The position numbers and the translations under genes are program-made. DNA of 64,000 bases, taken from assembly GCA_964626665.1 (NCBI GenBank), contig CAZVGK010000002.1:64001-128000 (forward strand). Reading direction: 5' to 3'. A model generated the notes under the pieces. It was not told where the DNA came from. It was given only the letters and a program-made list of their open reading frames with translations, and made no database searches. The DNA is from an uncultured Gemmatimonadota bacterium. Its GTDB lineage: Bacteria > SM23-81 > DAOVCL01. Shown here piece by piece: positions 28,510-37,696 of this stretch; positions within the stretch are counted from its first letter, which is position 1; every line of letters starts with the position of its first letter.

Positions 28510-28697
28510 CCAATAATATCTGGCCCCATAGTAATATAAACCAAGGCCGGTCTCTGAGTCAAGCTCTTTGCCTGTGAACTTGTGGGTGTTGGCCAGGGAG
28601 CCTGTCTCCTCGCTTACCCTTCCAAAGGGATAGTAGTGGTAGTCTTTAACCACATCTCCAGAGCTGTTGGTGATGACCACAGGTGAGCCAAGGGGTC
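28510..28697 (-). pseudogene. RHS repeat-associated core fragment
   Basis: LGSPVVITNSSGDVV..YYPFG..KFTGKELDSETGL..YYYGARYY, cut at both ends by repeat sites. Confidence 0.85.
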
Positions 28698-28819
28698 TAA
28701 GTAAAAAATGTAGCTTTGACCCCAATTTGTCTAAAGGATGTTTAGTTCTCTTTCTCAAGATGGGTTTCTTTGGCTTTGTTATGAACTTGTGGAAGTGGGG
28801 AGAGATGGATCGGTGTTGG

Positions 28820-29308
28820 TTAAGATGACTCCTGTTTTTTATTGCTCTTTGTTTCTGTTTGAGAGACTAAAATGACAAGTTGACGTTTTAATAACAGCCT
28901 CTTGGACCAGAAATCAAAAGAATAATGACAAATTAACAAGAATAGTATAACTGGAATCATCACGAGAAATTGGGATACAACCTCAGCAAGGTATGTCATT
29001 ATTTGCGTTAATAATGTATCCCCTTGTGTCACAATCATTTCTAGAGTTCGACCTGTTCGAATCAAACCTAAAAAGACTGTTAACACCAAAATGAGTACGA
29101 CAAGAATCCCCGTTGCCATCTTACCAATAGACAGTTTATTCTCCATTATTAGTAAGGTTCTTTTTACCCGAGAATCCAACTCGAAATCTTGAGAAGTCCT
29201 CAATTCTTCTTCAATCTTTCTTAGCCTCTTGCTTTCCTTCAGATGAACGATTATATTTCCACCTATTATTAGAGCTATAATAGAAAACGATATTATCGAG
29301 TAATACAT
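28820..29308 (-). CDS. AT-rich membrane protein with about 3 TM helices, putative immunity/cargo gene
   Basis: 162 aa ORF with a GGAGAGAGG ribosome-binding site; lies just downstream of a truncated gene 3' end (29330-29410). Confidence 0.6.
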   Translation of the reverse strand: MYYSIISFSIIALIIGGNIIVHLKESKRLRKIEEELRTSQDFELDSRVKRTLLIMENKLSIGKMATGILVVLILVLTVFLGLIRTGRTLEMIVTQGDTLLTQIMTYLAEVVSQFLVMIPVILFLLICHYSFDFWSKRLLLKRQLVILVSQTETKSNKKQESS

Positions 29309-29780
29309 TTTCCTCTCTCCAATTAAGGGTTATTCCGTTTCTTTCTTCTTTTCCATTTTCTCTTTGTCCTTAGACTCTCTAAGTTCTTCCATCATCTTGT
29401 AGTACTAATTCAGGGGACACCATACTTATTTCTTGACATAAACATGGCACACAACTTGGCAAATGGGGTCAGGTAAATGAGGTTAGGTTGAAGAGTAGAA
29501 ATAAATACCGCTGCAATTTTGATTCTATGGATTGGGGGGGAATTCGGGACACTTCCTATATTTCTTGGCAGTTGGGCTTGGCAAATTGACTTTGAGGAAA
29601 AGAAAGAACGGAGTGGTGGGGCACGGGACTGAGCACTGGGTATGAGGTTGAGAAAATCCAGGGCCTCAGGGCAATCCGCTTAGTGGAGATCGATCCATTA
29701 GTGGATCGCCTACCTCATTGTTCCATATCCACCCCGCTCTGGGAAACAAAAAAGAACATACCAATCCCACTTTGAGTTAC

Positions 29781-29803
29781 GGGGCAAGCCCTCAGAAAAT
29801 AGA
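29781..29803. repeat. Family-A site, solo copy
   Basis: GGGGCAAGCCCTCAGAAAATAGA matches the 25989 and 30902 sites. Confidence 0.75.
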
Positions 29804-29974
29804 CTTTCAAGAATCTCGGAACTTACGATGAGCACCGATCTGAACAGACTGCCATGCTCGTCCTCTCCCCCTTAATCTAACGCCTAATTCTGACTTCCGA
29901 GTCTCTCGGTCTCAAATCAAAAAGGACGAACAGAAATCCCCCCTGCAATTGCCAACGAGACGGTTGTTTCCTTG

Positions 29975-30274
29975 CTACTGTCGGAAAAGCCTCAGAACTC
30001 TGTCTGTTTCCTTCTTCGACACAATTCGGAGGATTAAGACCGTTTGTTGGTGAATTCCATAAAAGAGACGAAAACTATCTATCGGAGTATTTACCCGTAG
30101 CCGGAAGAGAGGATATTTCATACCTTTGATTTTCTTCTTGATGTTGCCGCGGGGGAACGGGTCTTGCTCCAGAATCTTTGCTCTCTTTAAAATGATATCT
30201 CGAGTTCCTCCTGGAAGTTTCGATAGGTCCTTTTGTGCGTGGGAAGCAAATTCAACTCGGAACCTATCGGCCAC
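29975..30274 (-). CDS. RelE/ParE-family toxin
   Basis: FRVEFASHAQKDLSKL..DPFP..KKIKG..FRLRV..FRLFY; overlaps the antitoxin gene. Confidence 0.85.
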   Translation of the reverse strand: MADRFRVEFASHAQKDLSKLPGGTRDIILKRAKILEQDPFPRGNIKKKIKGMKYPLFRLRVNTPIDSFRLFYGIHQQTVLILRIVSKKETDRVLRLFRQ

Positions 30275-30530
30275 GCCTTACTCCTTTGCTAAGGAGAGCC
30301 GTGCGACTTTTTGTCTTTCCTCCTTTTAGTTCTTCTTGGGCTTTTTCGAATTCTCCCTCAAGGTTGTAATGTTTCGCCAGGATAAAATTCTCAATTTCGT
30401 CCTCATGAATCTCGATAAGGAGATATCGTGGTTTCCCAAACTTGGTGATGATGATCGCTTTCTCCCCCTCGAGTTCTTTGAGCAGTTGAGATGTACCTGA
30501 ACTCAGTTCTCTAATGGTGGCAAATTTCAT
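30264..30530 (-). CDS. Phd/YefM-family antitoxin
   Basis: MKFATIREL..IIITKFGKP motif; upstream of the RelE-like gene. Confidence 0.85.
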   Translation of the reverse strand: MKFATIRELSSGTSQLLKELEGEKAIIITKFGKPRYLLIEIHEDEIENFILAKHYNLEGEFEKAQEELKGGKTKSRTALLSKGVRRGR

Positions 30531-30569
30531 CTATGACCTCCTGCAAAGTGTGACTACAAGTGTATGTAC

Positions 30570-30598
30570 AAAATACTGCATCAGAATCAATTTGTCAA
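30570..30598 (-). promoter_or_regulatory. Sigma70 promoter of the TA operon
   Basis: TTGACA-17 nt-TATTTT on the minus strand. Confidence 0.55.
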
Positions 30599-30901
30599 GG
30601 TCTTTTTAGGGGAAATTTCTGCTCAACAAGTGAGGCTGGAAGGTCAGGCCGAAACTTCTCCCCTCAGATCCGGCGGTTAGGAGACCTGTCTGAGAGGGGA
30701 ACGAAAAGTGGCCAATTGGGGGAGGAGCCGGGATGATGGAGGAAATTCTGGATCAAATCGGGCTGGATTTCAGTCGGGAAATAGATATCATCGCTCCTTG
30801 TGGATGATAACATCCATAAGGAGCGCAGATCCCCTCTCGATGACGTTGAGCCTCCCTACGAATTTAACGACAGGTTGAATTCCACCCTCTGCACAGAATT
30901 T

Positions 30902-31224
30902 GGGTTAACCCTCAGAAAATAGATCTTTAGGGACCTCTCTGTTCACTCCTTCAACTGGCTATCCCCACTGAGACACCCTTTCATTTTTTGCGTTACATAG
31001 CTCATATTTGTTCCCGCAATTCCCCCAAACTCTATGCCGATTGCTAAGTTGTTCTCCCCATTGTACCTTTGTCCAGATACACGGGTTTCGTTTCCATGCC
31101 ATCTGCAGGCACGCAGGGCCTCTTCAGATACACCAGCAAGGCCGAATCTCTCCACAGCACCTTCGAGACACTTTAGCAGATGTTGCCGATCACGGTCATT
31201 TTTTATTTTCTGAGGGTTGACCCC
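30902..31224 (-). mobile_element. Second, shorter copy of the deleted RAYT-HTH element with family-A inverted repeats
   Basis: GGGTTAACCCTCAGAAAATAGAT at 30902 and its inverse at 31204-31224; interior homologous to 26012-26280. Confidence 0.8.
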
Positions 31225-31609
31225 AATTTATCCCACTAAGAGGGAAAAGCCAAAAATAAAATCCAAAATACTAATCCCAGCGAGGAAGTAGGTATAGACA
31301 ATATCACGAGTGGGTCTGCGTAAATGTTTTCTCATTATTTGAAGATAATTACGGATGTGCGAAAGGGGAGTCGGATCTTTATCCTCGATTTTTTGCAGGG
31401 GAGAAGCTGATTGATGTGTATGTTATGGCTGAAGATAACCTAAAATCAGAGGTAGAGAGGTAATCCGATTCCCTATTCTAATTTGTCTAAATTTAAGGGC
31501 TGATCTCTTTATGGCCCTTACAAAAAATATACAGATCAAATGGCCTATTGTCAAGCCAAACTTCCGTTGGCTTCCCTCATCATTTTCCTTGCCCAATCAA
31601 AAAGAGGGG

Positions 31610-31637
31610 TTGACTTTGGGCCTGGATTTGCTATAAT
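31610..31637 (+). promoter_or_regulatory. Extended -10 sigma70 promoter of exbB-exbD-tonB-lysC-asd
   Basis: TTGACT-16 nt-TATAAT with a TGn extension. Confidence 0.7.
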
Positions 31638-31685
31638 AAGGCCGACCCATCGTTACCTGAAAATTATAATCTTAAGGAGGCCTTT

Positions 31686-32303
31686 ATGTCCTTTTTTTCC
31701 ATTGTGGCCAAGGGGGGATGGTTGATGGTGGCCATCTTCATCTGTTCTTTGGTGGCGGTGGCCATTATCGTGGAGAGGTGGATAGCCCTGCACAAGGCGA
31801 GGATAAATACCCACTCCTTCTTTATGGAGATTAAGGGATTGATCCTGAGGGAGGAGATAACCGAGGCCATTGAGAGGTGCAAGAAGACCCCCGGTCCAGT
31901 TGCCTCCATATTGAAGGCCGGCATAGAAAGGCAAAAGGAGACCAAGGAGGAGGTCAAGGAAGCTGTGGAGAGCTCGGGGAAGGTGGAAGTGCACCAATTG
32001 GAGAGATACTTGGGTGTTCTGGCGACCATAGCTGCTGTGGCTCCTCTCTTGGGTTTTTTGGGGACAGTTACCGGAATGATCAAGGCATTTATGCGCATTG
32101 AAGCTTTAGGGGGGAATGTGAACGCCACCGTCCTGGCTGGAGGGATCTGGGAGGCTTTGGTGACCACCGCTGCCGGCCTTACCGTGGGGATACCGGTCTT
32201 GATATTCTACAATTATTTCCAGGGAAAGGTAGATAGGTTCGTCTATGAGATGGAGGAGAGTTCCAGCAAACTCCTGGAGACCTTGGGCAAGAGAGGAGGC
32301 TAA
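31686..32303 (+). CDS. exbB: MotA/TolQ/ExbB proton channel protein
   Basis: APLLGFLGTVTGMI, LAGGIWEALVTTAAGL. Confidence 0.92.
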   Translation: MSFFSIVAKGGWLMVAIFICSLVAVAIIVERWIALHKARINTHSFFMEIKGLILREEITEAIERCKKTPGPVASILKAGIERQKETKEEVKEAVESSGKVEVHQLERYLGVLATIAAVAPLLGFLGTVTGMIKAFMRIEALGGNVNATVLAGGIWEALVTTAAGLTVGIPVLIFYNYFQGKVDRFVYEMEESSSKLLETLGKRGG

Positions 32304-32305
32304 TT

Positions 32306-32704
32306 ATGGATTTCGGCCCTACTCGCAAGCTAATAACCACCTTCAGCACAATCTCCTTGGCCGATATTATCCTCCTTCTGCTCATCTTCTTTCTCCTCTC
32401 CTCCTCCTTCATTGTGCAACCTGGTATAAAGGTTAACCTGCCCAAAACCTCCGCTTCCCAGGTAGAGTCAAAGAAGAGAATCTACCTGACCGTTACCAAA
32501 TCGGGCAGTCTCTATCTAAATCAGGAGAAGGTAGGGAAGGGGGAATTAGGAGCCAAATTGCGGGGGCTTCTCTTAGAGAACCCGGGGGAGTTGGTGGTGA
32601 TTAAAGCGGACAAGGAGCTTACCCTGCAGGAGATGATAAAGATAATGGATATAGCCAAGAATGCCGGGGCACAGAGGTTCCTCATTGCCACCCAACCGGA
32701 ATAG
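32306..32704 (+). CDS. exbD: ExbD/TolR biopolymer transporter
   Basis: LADIILLLLIFF TM helix with conserved Asp, VNLP, IKAD. Confidence 0.92.
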   Translation: MDFGPTRKLITTFSTISLADIILLLLIFFLLSSSFIVQPGIKVNLPKTSASQVESKKRIYLTVTKSGSLYLNQEKVGKGELGAKLRGLLLENPGELVVIKADKELTLQEMIKIMDIAKNAGAQRFLIATQPE

Positions 32705-32707
32705 GCT

Positions 32708-33448
32708 ATGAAGTGGTTTAACTTAAAATTCTCCTTTTTGATTTCACTCCTCTTTCATTCTTCACTCTTTTTTATTTTTCTTTGGATAAAGGTCATCCCC
32801 CAGATTGAGCCTCCTCCTGCTGTGGAGGTGAGCTTTAGTAGCCCACCAGAGGCCGAGGGAAAGGTGGCTCCGGCCCCTACCCTCCCTGGGGAGAAGCCCA
32901 AAAGGGGAAAGGAGGGAGGGGAGGAATTGGTCAGGCTGCCCAAGCGTCGGATGGAGGAGAAGGAGTTACCCCTTCTTCCCTTGCCTCAGAAGGGGAAGCT
33001 CACCCCTGAGCTAAAAGGAAAGGAGGAGGTTCCCCATTTGATGCAAGAGGAGGGGAAAGAGGCCCTCTCCCCTGGTTTGGGGGAGAAGGAACTTCTCGCC
33101 CCTGGCCCTTTGGGAAAGGGGGAGAAGGGAATCCCTCCTCTGACTCCTGTGGGGAAAGGGCCGGGTCAAGCCTATAAGATTGAGGGGCCAGCGGCTCAGA
33201 GAACCGTTCTCTTTCAGGTTTTTCCCAAGTATCCTCAAGGGTTGGGGAAAGAGGCTAAAATCAAAGTGAGCTTTTCCGTCCTCCCAGATGGGTCAGTGGG
33301 TATGGTGATGCCCCTGCAAAAAGGGGAGCCCCTTTTAGAGGATTTGACCTTGGATGCCTTGCGGCAATGGAGGTTTAACCCCCTTCCCCCCCAGAAGCCC
33401 CAGGTCGAACAGAGGGGGATCATCACCTTTATCTACAGGCTTAGATGA
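32708..33448 (+). CDS. tonB: TonB family energy transducer
   Basis: SLLFH TM motif, Pro/Lys/Glu linker, PKYP and QWRFNP C-terminal domain. Confidence 0.85.
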   Translation: MKWFNLKFSFLISLLFHSSLFFIFLWIKVIPQIEPPPAVEVSFSSPPEAEGKVAPAPTLPGEKPKRGKEGGEELVRLPKRRMEEKELPLLPLPQKGKLTPELKGKEEVPHLMQEEGKEALSPGLGEKELLAPGPLGKGEKGIPPLTPVGKGPGQAYKIEGPAAQRTVLFQVFPKYPQGLGKEAKIKVSFSVLPDGSVGMVMPLQKGEPLLEDLTLDALRQWRFNPLPPQKPQVEQRGIITFIYRLR

Positions 33449-34650
33449 TCTGTGTGTTGAAGTATGGGGGGAGTTCCTTGGCTACCCCCGCACTGATCAA
33501 AGGGGTAGCCCGCCAGGTCGTCTCCCGAAAGAGGGAAGGAAAGGATGTGGTGGTGGTGGTTTCGGCGATGCGGGATACAACCGATGAGCTCCTCAAATTG
33601 GCCCATCAGGTGGCCGAAGACCCTCCCCAAAGGGAGACCGATATGCTCCTCACCGTCGGGGAGAGGATCTCAATGTCCCTCCTCTCTATGGCCATAAATT
33701 CCTTGGGGACTGCGGCCATATCCTTTACCGGCTCCCAATGTGGCATCATTACCGATGACCATCATACAAATGCCCGCATAAAGGATGTGCGGCCCTTCAG
33801 GATAGAGGAGGAACTTGGTAAGGGGAAGGTGATTGTTGTGGCTGGATTTCAGGGGGTATCAGAGCAGAAGGAGGTGACCACCCTGGGTCGGGGGGGATCG
33901 GATACCACTGCTGTGGCCTTGGCCTATGCCTTGGGGGCCAAAGAATGTGAGATACTCACCGATGTGGATGGGGTCTTTACCGCTGATCCCCAGATTGTTC
34001 CTCAGGCCAGGAGGTTGCCCTGGCTTTCCTACAAGGAGATGTTGGAGTTGGCCAGTTATGGAGGGAAGGTCCTCCACCCCCGTTCGGTGGAGCTGGCTCA
34101 GAGGTTTAAGATACCGCTAGCGGTGAGGTCAAGCTTCTCCTCAAAGTTGGGAACAGTTATCAAGGAGGACGGGAGAATGGAGGAGATATGCGTGCGCGCT
34201 GTGGCCTGTAGAAAGGGAATGGGGGTTGTCCTGATCAGGCCATTTTCCCAGGGGGCCCAGGGGGTCTCCCATATATTCCGCAGCCTATCAGATTTCGGAG
34301 TGAACATCGATCTCATTGTCAAAGGGGAGGGAGGGGAGATAGCCATCACCCTGGAGAGGGAGCAGTTGCCCATAGCGCAGAGGGTCCTGGTGAGGCTAAA
34401 AGGGGAAGGTGAGATCGAGGATATAACCGCGATTGCTGGGTTGGCCTCCGTCTCCATCATCGGCAGTGGAATAGGGGAGAGCCCCGGGATAGCCACTAAG
34501 CTGTTCTCTGTCTTAGAGGCTGAGGGCATAAGGGTAAGATTTGTCAGCTCCTCCCACCTATCCATAACTTCGCTGGTCAAAGAGGAGGCCGCGGAAAGGG
34601 CCACGAGGGTTATTCATCGGGCGTTTGGCCTGGATAAGGCGAAGGAATGA
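33445..34650 (+). CDS. lysC: Aspartate kinase
   Basis: [27 protein letters not shown] domains. Confidence 0.96.
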   Translation: MICVLKYGGSSLATPALIKGVARQVVSRKREGKDVVVVVSAMRDTTDELLKLAHQVAEDPPQRETDMLLTVGERISMSLLSMAINSLGTAAISFTGSQCGIITDDHHTNARIKDVRPFRIEEELGKGKVIVVAGFQGVSEQKEVTTLGRGGSDTTAVALAYALGAKECEILTDVDGVFTADPQIVPQARRLPWLSYKEMLELASYGGKVLHPRSVELAQRFKIPLAVRSSFSSKLGTVIKEDGRMEEICVRAVACRKGMGVVLIRPFSQGAQGVSHIFRSLSDFGVNIDLIVKGEGGEIAITLEREQLPIAQRVLVRLKGEGEIEDITAIAGLASVSIIGSGIGESPGIATKLFSVLEAEGIRVRFVSSSHLSITSLVKEEAAERATRVIHRAFGLDKAKE

Positions 34651-35645
34651 GGGAATTTTCCCTGGCCATAGTGGGGGCCACAGGTCTGGTGGGAAAAGAG
34701 ATGCTCAATCTATTGGAGGAGAGGGATTTTCCCCTTTCCCGGTTGAGGCTTTTTGCCTCAGAGAGGTCGACTGGGTTAGCCCTACCCTTTCGGGGCAAGG
34801 AGTTGAAGGTAGAGAGGCTGGAGAAGGGCTGTTTTCGGGGGATAGAACTGGCCCTCTTCTCTGCAGGAGCTCAGGTGAGTTTAAAGTATGCCCCGCAGGC
34901 CCAAAGTGATGGGGCAATCGTCGTAGATAATAGCGCTGCCTTCAGGATGGAGCCCCAGGTTCCTTTGGTGATCCCGGAGATAAATTCTGGTGATCTTGCG
35001 GACCAAAGGGGTTTGGTGGCCAATCCTAACTGTTCCACCATTCAGATGCTTTTGGCCCTCTATCCCCTCTATTTGGCCGCAGGGGTGGAGAGGGTTTTTG
35101 TCTCCACCTATCAGTCCGTCTCCGGAACTGGTCAGGATGCCTGGGAGGAGCTGACCAGGCAGAGCAGGGACCTGCTCAGGGGGAGGAAGCCCCATCCCTC
35201 CGTTTATCCCCACCAGATAGGTTTCAACCTCATCCCCCAAATAGGGGATTTTGACCGTAAAGGTTACTCCATGGAGGAGATCAAGTTTGCGCAGGAGACC
35301 CAGAAGATCCTTCACGACCCGAGGATTAGGGTCTATGCCACCACTGTGAGGGTTCCCGTCTTCCGAGGTCATTCCGAGGCGGTAAGCTTGCAGACTAGGA
35401 AGAGGCTCACCGCCTCCCAGGCAAAAGAGCTTCTCTCCCAAGCCCCTGGGGTTAAGCTTAGCGAAGGGGAGGACTATCCCCTACCCCTTGACTGTGTGGG
35501 AAGGGATGAAGTTCTGGTAGGCCGGGTAAGGGAGGGGGGAGAGGGGGAGAACATCCTCCAATTATGGGTGGTAGCTGATAATCTGCGCAAAGGGGCAGCA
35601 TTAAATGCGGTGCAGATAACTGAGCTGCTTAAGGATGAGCTCTAA
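34647..35645 (+). CDS. asd: Aspartate-semialdehyde dehydrogenase
   Basis: [31 protein letters not shown]. Confidence 0.97.
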   Translation: MREFSLAIVGATGLVGKEMLNLLEERDFPLSRLRLFASERSTGLALPFRGKELKVERLEKGCFRGIELALFSAGAQVSLKYAPQAQSDGAIVVDNSAAFRMEPQVPLVIPEINSGDLADQRGLVANPNCSTIQMLLALYPLYLAAGVERVFVSTYQSVSGTGQDAWEELTRQSRDLLRGRKPHPSVYPHQIGFNLIPQIGDFDRKGYSMEEIKFAQETQKILHDPRIRVYATTVRVPVFRGHSEAVSLQTRKRLTASQAKELLSQAPGVKLSEGEDYPLPLDCVGRDEVLVGRVREGGEGENILQLWVVADNLRKGAALNAVQITELLKDEL

Positions 35646-35782
35646 GATAAAACTATAAAGGTTTTAAAAGAGGCCAACAGGGATAAGAGAAGATCTTAAA
35701 ACAACAGGAAACCAACGATGAAAAGGAAAGATACTTTTTTCTTCTCATCCAATCCCTGGCTCAATCATAGAAGGAGGGAAGG

Positions 35783-36448
35783 ATGAGGGTACCAGTATTT
35801 AGGACCTTTACAAGATCTCCCTTTGACGGATTGCTTAAACACGCGGCCAAGGTGAAAGAGTGCGTTACCGTCCTCCAGGAGGCGTTGGAAGTGTACTCCA
35901 AAGAAAGATATGGGGAATTTAAAGGTTTAGCCGATAAGGTATCAAAGTTGGAGGAGGAGGCCGACTGGATCAAGGGAAATATCAGAAATCACCTCCCGCG
36001 CGGGATCTGGATGCCGGTGGACAAGGCCGATTTTCTTATGGCTCTGAAGGAACAGGATGCCATACTGGACTTTGCCGAGGATGCAGTTGTCTGGCTCTCC
36101 TTTCGCCAGACGCCAATTCCAGAGGAGCTAAGGGAGAGATTTCTGGATCACCTATCAAAGGTAGTGGAAACGGTTATCATCCTGGAACAGGTAATGGAGA
36201 ATGTTAAATCCCTGGTTACTTCCCCGCGCAGAGGGGACAGGGAGCGATGCAAGGAGAGGTTGAAGGAGGTTCACCACAAGGAATGGGAGGCCGATCAGGT
36301 AGAGAGGAGATTGGCCCTTGATCTTTTTAACAACGAGTTAGACCCCATCTCCCTCTTCCATCTGCTAAAAGTCGTTGATTTGATAGGGGATATAGCCAAT
36401 CATGCCGAGAATGTCGGAGACAGGGTAAGGGCCATGATGGCCAGATAA
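35783..36448 (+). CDS. DUF47/TIGR00153 phosphate transport regulator
   Basis: LEEEADWIK and EWEADQVE repeats; upstream of the PiT transporter. Confidence 0.88.
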   Translation: MRVPVFRTFTRSPFDGLLKHAAKVKECVTVLQEALEVYSKERYGEFKGLADKVSKLEEEADWIKGNIRNHLPRGIWMPVDKADFLMALKEQDAILDFAEDAVVWLSFRQTPIPEELRERFLDHLSKVVETVIILEQVMENVKSLVTSPRRGDRERCKERLKEVHHKEWEADQVERRLALDLFNNELDPISLFHLLKVVDLIGDIANHAENVGDRVRAMMAR

Positions 36449-36463
36449 TGGGGAGGAAGTAAG

Positions 36464-37687
36464 ATGGAATTTGGGACCCTGTTCTTCATAGCCACCGCGC
36501 TTGTTGGGCTCTATATGGCCTGGAATATAGGAGCCAATGATGTCGCCAACTCTATGGCCTCTGCGGTGGGGGCTCGGGCGATAACCATCAGACAGGCGGT
36601 GGTAATAGCGGGGATCTTGAACTTGGCTGGGGCAGCCCTTGTTGGCTCTCATGTGACCCATACGGTGACCAGGGGCATCGTCAGCCCTGAGGCAATAGCC
36701 AGCTCACGAATGGTCATCTTGGGCGCCTTCTCCACCCTTTTGGCAGCCAGCGGATGGGTCTTTTTGGCTACCTGGAAGGGCTTCCCGGTCTCCACCACTC
36801 ATTCCATCATCGGTGCCCTCATCGGTTTCGGTCTGATAGCCGGGAATGCCTCGGCCATAAGATGGGGGAAGTTGGGGGAGGTGGTAGCCAGTTGGATCAC
36901 CTCACCGGTCCTTAGCGGGGTCTTGGCATACCTTCTCTTCAAGGCCATAGAAAAACTTTTCCTCCGAAGCGGGAGGGAAAACCTTAGACGGTTGAGCCCC
37001 TACTTTGTGGGGGCGACATTTCTGATAGTAGGGCTTTCCCTTTTCCTGAAGACCTCCTTGGGCGATAGCTTAGGTATAGGTACATCGGGTAAGATCATCC
37101 TATCCCTTCTCTTAGCTGTCTTGGCCGGGGGGGGAGGGTGGGTTTGGGTCAGCCTCTATCTGCGACGAGAAGAGGGGAGGGGAGTAGAGGATGTCTTCCG
37201 CAACCTCCAGATAATGACCTCCTGCTATGTCGCCTTTGCCCATGGAGCCAACGATGTGGCCAATGCGGCGGGGCCTATGGCCACCGTTCATTCGGTGATT
37301 GCCAACGGGGGTATCGCCGAAAAGGTAGAGGTCCCCTTTTGGCTCTTAGCCTTCGGCGGGGGGGGGATAGCTCTGGGCATCCTCACCTGGGGTTACCGGG
37401 TGATCAAAACGGTTGGTTCTAAGATAACCAATCTGACTAACACCCGCGGGTTTGCCATAGATTTTAGCACAGCCACAGTAGTTCTTCTCTCCTCCAAACT
37501 GGGCCTTCCCGTTTCCACCACCCATGCCTGTGTCGGGGCAGTTGTGGGGGTGGGTTTGGCGAGGGGACTGGAAGCGGTAGATTTTAGGGTGGTGAAGAGG
37601 ATAATTGTTTCCTGGATGGTGACCATTCCTGTGGCCGCCCTTTTGGCTATGGGGTTCTATGGTCTCCTGGCCAGGTTTATGCTTTAG
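36464..37687 (+). CDS. pit: Inorganic phosphate transporter, PiT family
   Basis: Two GANDVAN motifs and two PVSTTH motifs. Confidence 0.95.
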   Translation: MEFGTLFFIATALVGLYMAWNIGANDVANSMASAVGARAITIRQAVVIAGILNLAGAALVGSHVTHTVTRGIVSPEAIASSRMVILGAFSTLLAASGWVFLATWKGFPVSTTHSIIGALIGFGLIAGNASAIRWGKLGEVVASWITSPVLSGVLAYLLFKAIEKLFLRSGRENLRRLSPYFVGATFLIVGLSLFLKTSLGDSLGIGTSGKIILSLLLAVLAGGGGWVWVSLYLRREEGRGVEDVFRNLQIMTSCYVAFAHGANDVANAAGPMATVHSVIANGGIAEKVEVPFWLLAFGGGGIALGILTWGYRVIKTVGSKITNLTNTRGFAIDFSTATVVLLSSKLGLPVSTTHACVGAVVGVGLARGLEAVDFRVVKRIIVSWMVTIPVAALLAMGFYGLLARFML

Positions 37688-37696
37688 GAGGGATTC

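Noticed and set aside
25988-31224. CRISPR array or integron interpretation of the repeated sites
   Set aside because: Sites occur in both orientations at irregular spacing, and there is no cas or intI gene and no attC RYYYAAC..GTTRRRY structure
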